DNA from: a virus
Reading direction: 5' to 3' (one strand)
Length of the DNA: 35,228 nucleotides
IMG/VR virus record: IMGVR_UViG_3300045988_093613
In this document: in pieces, positions 7,793 to 14,496 of the stretch
Numbering within the stretch: position 1 is the stretch's first letter
Layout of the letters: every line of letters begins with the position of its first letter
Notes under the pieces: model-generated
What the model saw: only the letters and a program-made list of their open reading frames with translations
Told to the model about the DNA's origin: nothing
Databases searched by the model: none
Program-made: the position numbers and the translations under genes

Positions 7793-8168
7793 TTTGCTAG
7801 GGGAAGCCGAACTACTGGGTGTCGACGTCCGCGAGCGTTCACTAGGCAGCGATCTCGCCGGCTGCTACTACGACCCCAATCGTCTCATCATCATCGACGA
7901 GACGCTACCCGACTTCGCCCGGCGTTGCACGCTCGCCCATGAGCTCGTGCATGCGAGATACCACGATCGAGACTGCGACCCGAACGGGTCAAAAGCCGAG
8001 AGGAGAGCCCGGCGTGAAACCGCGCTCCGACTCATCAACCCGACCGAATACGCGATCGCCGAACGCATGTACGAAGGGGATAGCTATCTCATCGCCCAAG
8101 CGCTCGACGTGACCGTACAGGTCGTGGAAGATTACAAGGAAATGCTGCACGACAGTGTGGCCGTATAG
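7770..8168 (+). CDS. ImmA/IrrE-family Zn metallopeptidase (putative anti-repressor protease)
   Basis: HEXXH motif in CTLAHELVHARYHD. GGAGGTGA SD. 23-nt overlap with the KilA-N gene. Confidence 0.75.
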   Translation: MKTTTYADLLGEAELLGVDVRERSLGSDLAGCYYDPNRLIIIDETLPDFARRCTLAHELVHARYHDRDCDPNGSKAERRARRETALRLINPTEYAIAERMYEGDSYLIAQALDVTVQVVEDYKEMLHDSVAV

Positions 8169-8183
8169 AGAAAGAAGAAAACA

Positions 8184-8654
8184 ATGAAGAAGTCAATAGC
8201 ATTGCTTGCGGCGATGATACTGCTCGCCGGACTGACCGCCTGTGGAGGAAACGACACGGCTTCAGACGCGCCGGCCAAAACGGACGGCACGTCAAAGACC
8301 GAGACCAAGAAGGAGGAGCCCAAGCCCCAGCCGGCCGACCTGACCGGCACGTGGAAGCAAACCAACTCCAACGACCCGAACTCATACATGGAGGCCACCA
8401 TCAGCGGCGACACCATCGAGGTCAACTGGATCGGCACCAACACCAAGAGCCTCTACTGGAAGGGCACCTATCAGGCCCCGACCAAGGCCGGCGACTGGAA
8501 GTGGATCAGCCAGGGCGACACCGAAACTATGGCTCAATCCCTGCTCGCCTCGCAGGACGCCACCAAGAACTTCACCTACAGCGAAGCCAACGGCGTGAGC
8601 TGGGAGACCACCGCGCTCGGCACCACCATCACCGTCAAAACCACCAAACAATAA
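8184..8654 (+). CDS. Prophage lipoprotein (candidate superinfection-exclusion protein)
   Basis: Signal peptide plus lipobox MKKSIALLAAMILLAGLTAC|GGND. Confidence 0.75.
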   Translation: MKKSIALLAAMILLAGLTACGGNDTASDAPAKTDGTSKTETKKEEPKPQPADLTGTWKQTNSNDPNSYMEATISGDTIEVNWIGTNTKSLYWKGTYQAPTKAGDWKWISQGDTETMAQSLLASQDATKNFTYSEANGVSWETTALGTTITVKTTKQ

Positions 8655-8688
8655 AAAATGCCCTATCGGTCTTACACACCGATAGGGC
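8651..8688 (-). terminator. Intrinsic terminator (minus-strand orientation; also abuts the lipoprotein stop)
   Basis: 10-bp stem GCCCTATCGG (8660-8669) / CCGATAGGGC (8679-8688). The minus-strand reading is followed by ATTTTTTAT. Confidence 0.7.
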
Positions 8689-8722
8689 GGTTGAAGATCC
8701 AGCTAGTTCAAGAAAGGAGGAC

Positions 8723-8753
8723 GCTTCGCCTTTCATCCTACACGGGGCGAAGC
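8723..8753 (-). terminator. Second hairpin downstream of the moron gene
   Basis: 8-bp stem GCTTCGCC / GGCGAAGC with a 15-nt loop. The minus-strand reading is followed by a T-rich GTCCTCCTTTCTTG. Confidence 0.4.
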
Positions 8754-8766
8754 ATACCCGAAAATG

Positions 8767-9747
8767 CTAGAACAACGTCGGCTGTTCGCCAACACCGCGA
8801 TGCTCGTGAACCTTGTCGATGGACACATACCGTGTCGTGAGCCGGTTATTCTCGTCCAACGCCTTTTCCACACGCATGTCCACGCGATAAATGTCGTTGG
8901 CGCGCATGGCCTCCTCACCGTCGAGCACACGCTTCTTAAACTGCTCGTCCGCCAAGGTGACGAACTGCGTCTTGATGCCATCGGTGATGCGCCATTTTCC
9001 GTTCTCGCGGAAGGACACGTCCAACGCCTGGATGACGATTTCCACGGTATCCTCGGTACGCTCCTTCTCCTCGGGATCGTAATGGGAGATAGCGTCGGCT
9101 TCCTCCGTGTTCACAGTCTCGTCATGCACTCCGGACTGGAATTGCACGAGATCGACACCGTCGTCCAACGTCGGGGCGATCACGCCTTTGATGGCCTTGA
9201 TAAGCTCCGGGTTCTTCAACGCCTCCGCAGAAGCCTTCAACTCACGCATTCTCGAACCGTCCGGGAAAGTCATATCCAGGAGGTCGAGCCCGTTCTCGTC
9301 CTTGCCGGCATCTTCCACCGTCGTCGGCTTGAAATGGGCGGCGAATTTCTTGGCGAGCTTTACAGCCCCGAAATATATAGCCATCAGGCCGGATGCGTTG
9401 ACTATCGCGGTCACGCCATTACCGGTCAACAATCCCTCTGCCTCGTTGACGAAATGGAGCAGCAGGTCAATGGTGAAGGATCCCTCACGGGTCGCCTGTG
9501 CGTTGAGATGCACGCGAGCCTCGGGAGCCACGTCTTTCTGCATGATGTCGAATGCTTTGGCGAGGGACAGCAGTGCGGGTGCGAGCTGTTTCACATCCAT
9601 CTCGTGGGAACGCAGGGCCTCACCGTCATAACGCACATACAGGGTATCCGCTTCGGGGCTTTGCCTGACATCAACGCCACGACCGTCGGCGGCAAGTTGC
9701 ATTTGAGAACCGGCATCGTTCGCATGGATATTCTCTTGGCTCATCAT
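8767..9747 (-). CDS. Moron: acidic cytoplasmic protein of unknown function (about 325 aa), candidate immunity/defence gene
   Basis: Track ORF 8767..9777. The likely start is ATG 9747 or 9744 after GGGAGGA. No TM segment and no motif I recognise. It is a separate minus-strand unit inside the plus-strand lysogeny module, with its own terminators. Confidence 0.6.
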   Translation of the reverse strand: MMSQENIHANDAGSQMQLAADGRGVDVRQSPEADTLYVRYDGEALRSHEMDVKQLAPALLSLAKAFDIMQKDVAPEARVHLNAQATREGSFTIDLLLHFVNEAEGLLTGNGVTAIVNASGLMAIYFGAVKLAKKFAAHFKPTTVEDAGKDENGLDLLDMTFPDGSRMRELKASAEALKNPELIKAIKGVIAPTLDDGVDLVQFQSGVHDETVNTEEADAISHYDPEEKERTEDTVEIVIQALDVSFRENGKWRITDGIKTQFVTLADEQFKKRVLDGEEAMRANDIYRVDMRVEKALDENNRLTTRYVSIDKVHEHRGVGEQPTLF

Positions 9748-9803
9748 TCCTCCCGCACCGTTTTGTAGGTGCACCAATCGTAACCGGACAACCTTAACAG
9801 GAC

Positions 9804-10961
9804 ATGAAGAAAGGTCATCAGATGGCGAACGTCACCAGATACAATACCAGCAAAGGCGAGACACGATGGCGCGTGAGGTATCGCAAGCCCGACGGCACGC
9901 AAACCGACAAGCGTGGCTTCAAACGCAAATCCGATGCCGTGAACTGGGCGGCGGAGCATGTCACGATAGCCAAAGCGAGGGGAGCGTACATCGACCCGCA
10001 GGACGCGAAGACCACCGTGGGGGAGCTGGCCGGCGCGTGGTTGGATGCGAAGCGCACACGAGTCAAACCGAGCTACATGGACGACCTGGAGGACTCATGG
10101 CGCGTCTGGGTCAAGCCCGCATGGGGAGACGTGCCCATCGGCATGGTGACCAGAAACGATGTGCAGAAATGGGTTACTGACATAGCGTCGCAGCGCAGCG
10201 CCAGCGTCACATTGAGGGCATACGGCATCCTCGCCGGGATCCTCGACAACGCCGTGCGAGACGGCATGATCCACGCGAATCATGCGCGCGGGGTGGAGCT
10301 GCCGCGCAAGAAGACCAAAAGGCATGTGTACCTCACCGCGCCCCAGCTGTACTCGCTGGCCGGTGAATGCGGCTGGCGTCGCGACATCATCCTCACACTT
10401 GGACTGTGCGGCATGCGCTGGGGCGAGCTCGTGCCCCTGCGCGTGCGCGACGTCGACCTCGACCGGCATCGGATCATGGTTGACGTGAGCGCCCCCATGG
10501 TCGGCGGCAAGGTCACTCCGGGGGACACCAAGACCCACGAGGGACGTAGCATCATGTACCCGGCCGTCCTCGACCGGATCATGCACGACCGCTGCGAGGG
10601 GCGCAGACCGGACGACCTGCTCTTCGAGGCTCCCGGCCGTCCGGGCGTGTATCTCAAGGAGTTCGGCGCGGCGTCCAGCGGCGACGGATGGCTCGCGTCC
10701 GCGCTCCGGCGCGCCGACATCAGCGGGCACTTGACCCTGCATGATCTGCGGCACACGGCGGTGAGCCTCATGGTCAGCTCAGGAGCCAACGTCAAGGCCG
10801 TGCAAAGACAGATCGGGCACAAGAGCGCGGCGATGACGCTCGACACCTACGCGGATCTGTTCGAGGCTGATCTGGACAAGCTCGGCGAGCGCATGGGCGA
10901 GATGCTGCTGCGTGAGAGTGTGGGCAAAATGTGGGCAGACGATACGGCGGAGGCCGCGTAA
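9804..10961 (+). CDS. int: Tyrosine integrase (phage integrase family)
   Basis: The probable true start is ATG 9822 (GAAAGG 8 nt upstream; MANVTRYNTSKGETRWRVRY...). Catalytic signatures are ...CGMRWGELVPLRVRDV..., HDLRHTAVSL and GHKSAAMTLDTYADL. Confidence 0.9.
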   Translation: MKKGHQMANVTRYNTSKGETRWRVRYRKPDGTQTDKRGFKRKSDAVNWAAEHVTIAKARGAYIDPQDAKTTVGELAGAWLDAKRTRVKPSYMDDLEDSWRVWVKPAWGDVPIGMVTRNDVQKWVTDIASQRSASVTLRAYGILAGILDNAVRDGMIHANHARGVELPRKKTKRHVYLTAPQLYSLAGECGWRRDIILTLGLCGMRWGELVPLRVRDVDLDRHRIMVDVSAPMVGGKVTPGDTKTHEGRSIMYPAVLDRIMHDRCEGRRPDDLLFEAPGRPGVYLKEFGAASSGDGWLASALRRADISGHLTLHDLRHTAVSLMVSSGANVKAVQRQIGHKSAAMTLDTYADLFEADLDKLGERMGEMLLRESVGKMWADDTAEAA

Positions 10962-10996
10962 TCTGCACGGGAGTAGGGCTGTCGGGTTTCCCTTTT

Positions 10997-11023
10997 GCGG
11001 GTTCGAGTCCCGCCTCTGACGCA
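10997..11023 (+). other. attP core candidate: mimic of a tRNA 3' end (T-arm plus acceptor 3' strand)
   Basis: GCGGG-TTCGAGT-CCCGC-CTCTGAC-G-CA lies 36 nt after the int stop. No D arm or anticodon arm lies upstream, so this is not a full tRNA. Confidence 0.6.
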
Positions 11024-11032
11024 GATATGCAG

Positions 11033-11073
11033 AAGCGCCCCTCGGCTCCATGCATAGGAGTCGAGGGGCGCTT
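11033..11073. terminator. Hairpin between the convergent int and endolysin genes
   Basis: 12-bp stem AAGCGCCCCTCG / CGAGGGGCGCTT with a 17-nt loop, followed by GTGTTTA on the plus strand. Confidence 0.6.
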
Positions 11074-11077
11074 GTGT

Positions 11078-11911
11078 TTAGAATCTGCCGGTGTTGAGGC
11101 GGCTTTGGAGTGCTCGGGCGGTGCCGGGTCCGAACCACGAGTCCTGCGCGACGCCGAGGTGTTTCTGCAGGGCACGGATGGTGGCGGGGCCGAGGAGTCC
11201 GTCGGCGGTGAGGCTGAGCTTGCGTTGGACGGCGCGGATGAGGTTGGATCCGCCGCCACCGTAGCGCACGCACGAGTCCACGAGCGCGGGTCGGCCCCAT
11301 GTCCGGCCGTCCGGCCTGTACTGGCCGCTGATGATGCCGTCCACGCTGGTGCCCATGACCTGCTGCCAGCGGCGGATGGTGGCCGGCCCGCAGGAGCCGT
11401 CTACCGTGAGCCGGCCCGTGCCGCCGCTGGATGCGGTGCCGCCGCCGGACGACGTGGCGCTGCCACTGTAGGCGGGGCGCAGGATGGCGGCGATGGTGTT
11501 CCATGCGCGGGTGCGGCGTGCTACGCGCCCGTTGTTGGTGTTGCCCTCGATGGTCTGGATGTACGAGCCGTGGTTGGCTTCCACGAAGCCGATGTGGTCC
11601 ACCACGCCGCCGTCCCAGTTGAATATCACGATGTCGCCGGGTTTGGCGCTGCGCGTGCTGACCGCGCGGGAGCGTCCCGCGCTGAGCACGTATGGCACGT
11701 AGGCGGCGGGCAGTCCCGGGAACGCCTGACCGGCACGGCTCATGACCCAGCTGACGAACATCGCGCAGAACGGGACGCCCGACGCGCCATAGTATGAGCC
11801 GTGGGATTGGGCGTACCAGCGCCCGTACTTCGTGCCCGGCTGCGGGTCGGTCCAACGGGAATAGCCGATTTCGCCCGCCGCGATGCGCAGGACTTCACTC
11901 GCCGTCGCCAT
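11078..11911 (-). CDS. Endolysin: N-terminal CHAP/NlpC-P60-like peptidase plus C-terminal peptidoglycan-binding repeats
   Basis: Internal ATG 11911. ...GSYYGASGVPFCAMFVSW...GDIVIFNWDGGVVDHIGFV... has a Cys/His CHAP pattern. Two LxxDGxxGPATIRALQ-type repeats. Confidence 0.8.
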   Translation of the reverse strand: MATASEVLRIAAGEIGYSRWTDPQPGTKYGRWYAQSHGSYYGASGVPFCAMFVSWVMSRAGQAFPGLPAAYVPYVLSAGRSRAVSTRSAKPGDIVIFNWDGGVVDHIGFVEANHGSYIQTIEGNTNNGRVARRTRAWNTIAAILRPAYSGSATSSGGGTASSGGTGRLTVDGSCGPATIRRWQQVMGTSVDGIISGQYRPDGRTWGRPALVDSCVRYGGGGSNLIRAVQRKLSLTADGLLGPATIRALQKHLGVAQDSWFGPGTARALQSRLNTGRF

Positions 11912-12320
11912 AGGACACCTCCTCGATGGGTGCCACGTCAGCGGTCGCGTCCGCTCCCCTGGAGTCGGACACCGCGTAGGCCGCCTGAGCTGTCCCGGTC
12001 GTGGCGTCGGTGTCGGTGGCGATGATGTTGGCTTTGATCGCGTTGGTGAGCTGCTGTCCCTGCACGGCGGCACCGGTCAGGTTGTTGTTGCGCCACCACG
12101 CGTACACGGATGCGATGACGGCGATGACGCCGGTGATCGCCGTGCTCACCTGATCGGTGGTGAACGGGAGCTGGCTGATGCCGGCGATGCTCAGGCCGGT
12201 CTGCGCGACGCTGAATAATTGGACGATGAGCAGGATGATCGCCTTGGTGCGTTCCACGGTCAGGCCGGGAATCGCCGGGCCGGTGGCCTTGTGGTCGGCC
12301 ACGCCGGTGGTGTTTGCCAT
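11895..12320 (-). CDS. Holin (LL-H/phi-LC3-like)
   Basis: Two TM helices followed by ...SVYAWWRNNNLTGAA.... Lies immediately upstream of the endolysin gene and overlaps it. Confidence 0.7.
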   Translation of the reverse strand: MANTTGVADHKATGPAIPGLTVERTKAIILLIVQLFSVAQTGLSIAGISQLPFTTDQVSTAITGVIAVIASVYAWWRNNNLTGAAVQGQQLTNAIKANIIATDTDATTGTAQAAYAVSDSRGADATADVAPIEEVSYGDGE

Positions 12321-12449
12321 AATGGTTCTCCTTACAAAAGAAGCCCCACGGGTGTGGGACTTAGGTCAGTCGGTTTTATAGAGGCGGACGCTCAGATGGG
12401 CGTCCGCGTAGGTGACGCCGAACATCGTGGCCGGCATCGGAAGCCACCG

Positions 12450-12554
12450 TCACAGGTGCTCCCGCACGGTAACGGGCGCATCAACCGACTGGGGGCCAGC
12501 CCGGATGGTCAATGTGGCCGTGCCGGGCTTGACGCCGTTGATGGTGATGCTCAT
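12450..12554 (-). CDS. Micro-ORF (34 aa) resembling the end of a Big_2 Ig-like domain; possible cassette relic
   Basis: ATGA-coupled to the upstream gene. MSITINGVKPGTATLTIRAGPQSVDAPVTVREHL*. The TLTIRAG segment resembles FTVIRAG of the orphan cassette at 13322-13414. Confidence 0.35.
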   Translation of the reverse strand: MSITINGVKPGTATLTIRAGPQSVDAPVTVREHL

Positions 12555-12958
12555 GATGGCTTTCCTCCCAGCCGGGGCGCAATGGGCGCATTCTGGATAT
12601 CGTTGTTGACCTGGGTGCCGTGGCCGTTGCCGCCCAATCCGTGATAGGCGTCGTAGACACGTTGGGCGCGGAGTTTGAAGTCATTGTCGGCGACGCCGTG
12701 GTGGTCGTGCACCATCGTGTCCTGCTGCTGTTCGAGCTTGCACAGCAGAAGCGTGCGCAGCGCCTCGTCTACGAGTTTTTCGTGTTCGCAGCCGCGCCTC
12801 ATGTCGGCCATTAGCTGCTCATGCTCCGACCTTCGGGTCTCCTCGTCGGCGATCTGCGAGCGCAGGTTTTTGAGTTGGTGCCAGAGGCCGGCGGCTATGG
12901 CGCTGATGGCGGCGATGAGGAGGCCGGCGACGACGCTGGTGATGATGTCGTCAGCCAT
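12551..12958 (-). CDS. N-terminally membrane-anchored coiled-coil protein (135 aa), lysis-module associated
   Basis: MADDIITSVVAGLLIAAISAIAAGLW (TM helix), then a charged helix, then ...RVYDAYHGLGGNGHGT... Confidence 0.55.
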   Translation of the reverse strand: MADDIITSVVAGLLIAAISAIAAGLWHQLKNLRSQIADEETRRSEHEQLMADMRRGCEHEKLVDEALRTLLLCKLEQQQDTMVHDHHGVADNDFKLRAQRVYDAYHGLGGNGHGTQVNNDIQNAPIAPRLGGKPS

Positions 12959-13054
12959 GTGGCTCCTCTCTGACGGGATGTCGCATTGGCGATCCTCTCT
13001 GTGTGTGGTGGTGGAATCCCACGGTGCGTTGGTATTGTTTAATACGGGTGGTCG

Positions 13055-13314
13055 GTGGCGGCGAACACCAAAGGCAGGCCGATTTCGTCGAGCATGCCCG
13101 GCAGTTCGCCGTCCGCGTATCCGCAGACGCTCCGCGCAACCTACGCCACACGTTCGGCACGTTGGCTATCAAGGCCGGAACCGACATCAGCGTGGTCGCG
13201 CGACAGCTCGGACACTCCGACATCCAAACCACCGCACGGTATTACCTCAAGCCCGATCTGAGCGTCCTCAAGGACATGCAGAAGGCATGGCAGAAACTCA
13301 TATTGACCTGCTGA
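13055..13314 (+). pseudogene. Truncated tyrosine recombinase: only the C-terminal box II/Tyr region remains (Rin/Rci-like invertase relic?)
   Basis: Track ORF 13003..13314 ends ...FAVRVSADAPRNLRHTFGTLAIKAGTDISVVARQLGHSDIQTTARYYLKPDL.... No N-terminal catalytic Arg/Lys region exists upstream, because that space is taken by a minus-strand gene. A possible frameshifted NTKGRP remnant lies at about 13060. Confidence 0.7.
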
Positions 13315-13320
13315 ATAGCT

Positions 13321-13332
13321 TTCCGTAACCCT
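13321..13332. repeat. Left arm of a 12-bp perfect inverted repeat (TTCCGTAACCCT)
   Basis: The exact reverse complement occurs at 13740-13751. This arm lies 6 nt after the recombinase-remnant stop. Confidence 0.8.
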
Positions 13333-13414
13333 GTACAATGCGAAGGGCTTCACGGTCATCCGCGCCGGCAGCAATCAGGGTTGTGTAGGCTCGCTCTGCT
13401 ATCCGGTCGTCTAA
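13322..13414 (+). other. Orphan start-less C-terminal cassette, in frame with the inverted-repeat core
   Basis: SVTLYNAKGFTVIRAGSNQGCVGSLCYPVV*. The frame is closed by TAG 13316-13318 just upstream. About 21 of 27 codons have G/C at the third position. Its TAA (13412-13414) abuts the stop (13415-13417) of the convergent tail-fibre gene. Confidence 0.55.
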
Positions 13415-14251
13415 TCAACGATCAAGCGGTACCGTGATGCAGCCCTCGACCCAACCGCCTTTGCCGAGCGTCATCTTCGCGGCCGAGCGAAGGCTGATCT
13501 CGTTGCCAGCGGTCTGCACCTCGACGCCATGAAGCCCCACGCTCGAATTGGACACCGTGGCGCAATGCACCTCGAACGCGGCCTCCAATCCAGTCGGAAG
13601 CCTGAAAAGCTTGGACGTATCCCATATCCTCGGGGCAGTCCAGTCCGTGTTGACTCGAATGGCATGAAACGCGACGATCAACATCCCGCCGACAAACGCG
13701 GTGCGATAATCCACGTCCCAGTTAGCGTTTGGTTTCGTGAGGGTTACGGAATCACACAGTTTCGACATGGGAGGCAGCTGTTTGATGAGCATGACCGGCG
13801 TGCCGGGCGTGATCCCGCTGATCGGGATGCGGGCGATCGGGATCCACGCCGTGTCGGAGGCCGAGTGGATGCTGCCCGACGGGACGGTCGGGTCGGCGGC
13901 CGTACCGGTGTTTGGCGTGCCTTTGAGCACGGCGATGGCGGCGGTCTCGATGTTCTGGCTGTTCCGTGTGTATTTGAGGCAGACGAGGTCGTTGCGGTTC
14001 TGGCCGCTCATGCCGCTTTCGATGGTCGCGGTCTCGGCCTCGGTGACGCGCGCGTATCGTCCTTCGACCACGAGGTTGAGGACGGGGATCAGCGCGTGAT
14101 TCGCATCCTGCATGGTCACCGTGGGGAAAGTGCCGTCGCTGCCCTGCAGCAGGTAGCTGCCGTTGCCGATGACCCCGGCCTGCATGGCGCCCATGTCGCC
14201 GCTGGTGATGTGCGGTGTGCCGCCCTTGCCTGTGATGAGCGTGGTGGTCAT
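13415..14251 (-). CDS. Tail fibre / receptor-binding protein candidate (278 aa)
   Basis: Last structural gene before the lysis module. It contains the right inverted-repeat arm in frame (..LCDSVTLTKP..). Confidence 0.6.
   Translation of the reverse strand: MTTTLITGKGGTPHITSGDMGAMQAGVIGNGSYLLQGSDGTFPTVTMQDANHALIPVLNLVVEGRYARVTEAETATIESGMSGQNRNDLVCLKYTRNSQNIETAAIAVLKGTPNTGTAADPTVPSGSIHSASDTAWIPIARIPISGITPGTPVMLIKQLPPMSKLCDSVTLTKPNANWDVDYRTAFVGGMLIVAFHAIRVNTDWTAPRIWDTSKLFRLPTGLEAAFEVHCATVSNSSVGLHGVEVQTAGNEISLRSAAKMTLGKGGWVEGCITVPLDR
13740..13751. repeat. Right arm of the 12-bp inverted repeat (AGGGTTACGGAA), inside the tail-fibre gene
   Basis: Reverse complement of 13321-13332. Codon phase is T|TCC|GTA|ACC|CT on the coding strand. 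Confidence 0.8.
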
Positions 14252-14252
14252 G

Positions 14253-14486
14253 TCAGCCCTTTCCCTTGGTAAGCCATGCCGTGTAGGCCGCGTCCTGCGT
14301 GGCGGCGAGTTTCTTGAATTCCTGCTGGCATGAGGTGCATGCCAGCGCCTCCTGCGTCACTCCGTCCGCGGTGGTGTGTTTGATCTGGTGCCAGTCGCTC
14401 GACGTGCGCGGATCCCCTTCGGTGAGGTATGCGCTGTCGTGGCAGCGGTCGCATGTGTATTTGGTGATGTTCGTGGTTTTTGCCAT
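14253..14486 (-). CDS. Small Zn-ribbon-like tail-module protein (77 aa)
   Basis: Internal ATG 14486 after GAAAGGAA. MAKTTNITKYTCDRCHDSAYL...ALACTSCQQEF... Confidence 0.5.
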   Translation of the reverse strand: MAKTTNITKYTCDRCHDSAYLTEGDPRTSSDWHQIKHTTADGVTQEALACTSCQQEFKKLAATQDAAYTAWLTKGKG

Positions 14487-14496
14487 GCTGTTCCTT

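Noticed and set aside
10779-11855. Many long ORFs in the track are rich in Arg/Pro/His/Gly. Examples are 10779..11855, 14357..16093, 16982..18112, 3221..4054, 19109..19969, 402..926, 70..510, 1393..2502 and 27025..28542.
   Set aside because: They lie antisense to, or out of frame with, genes that have clear motifs. They have junk-like low-complexity composition typical of shadow frames in high-GC DNA, and no SD or start context.
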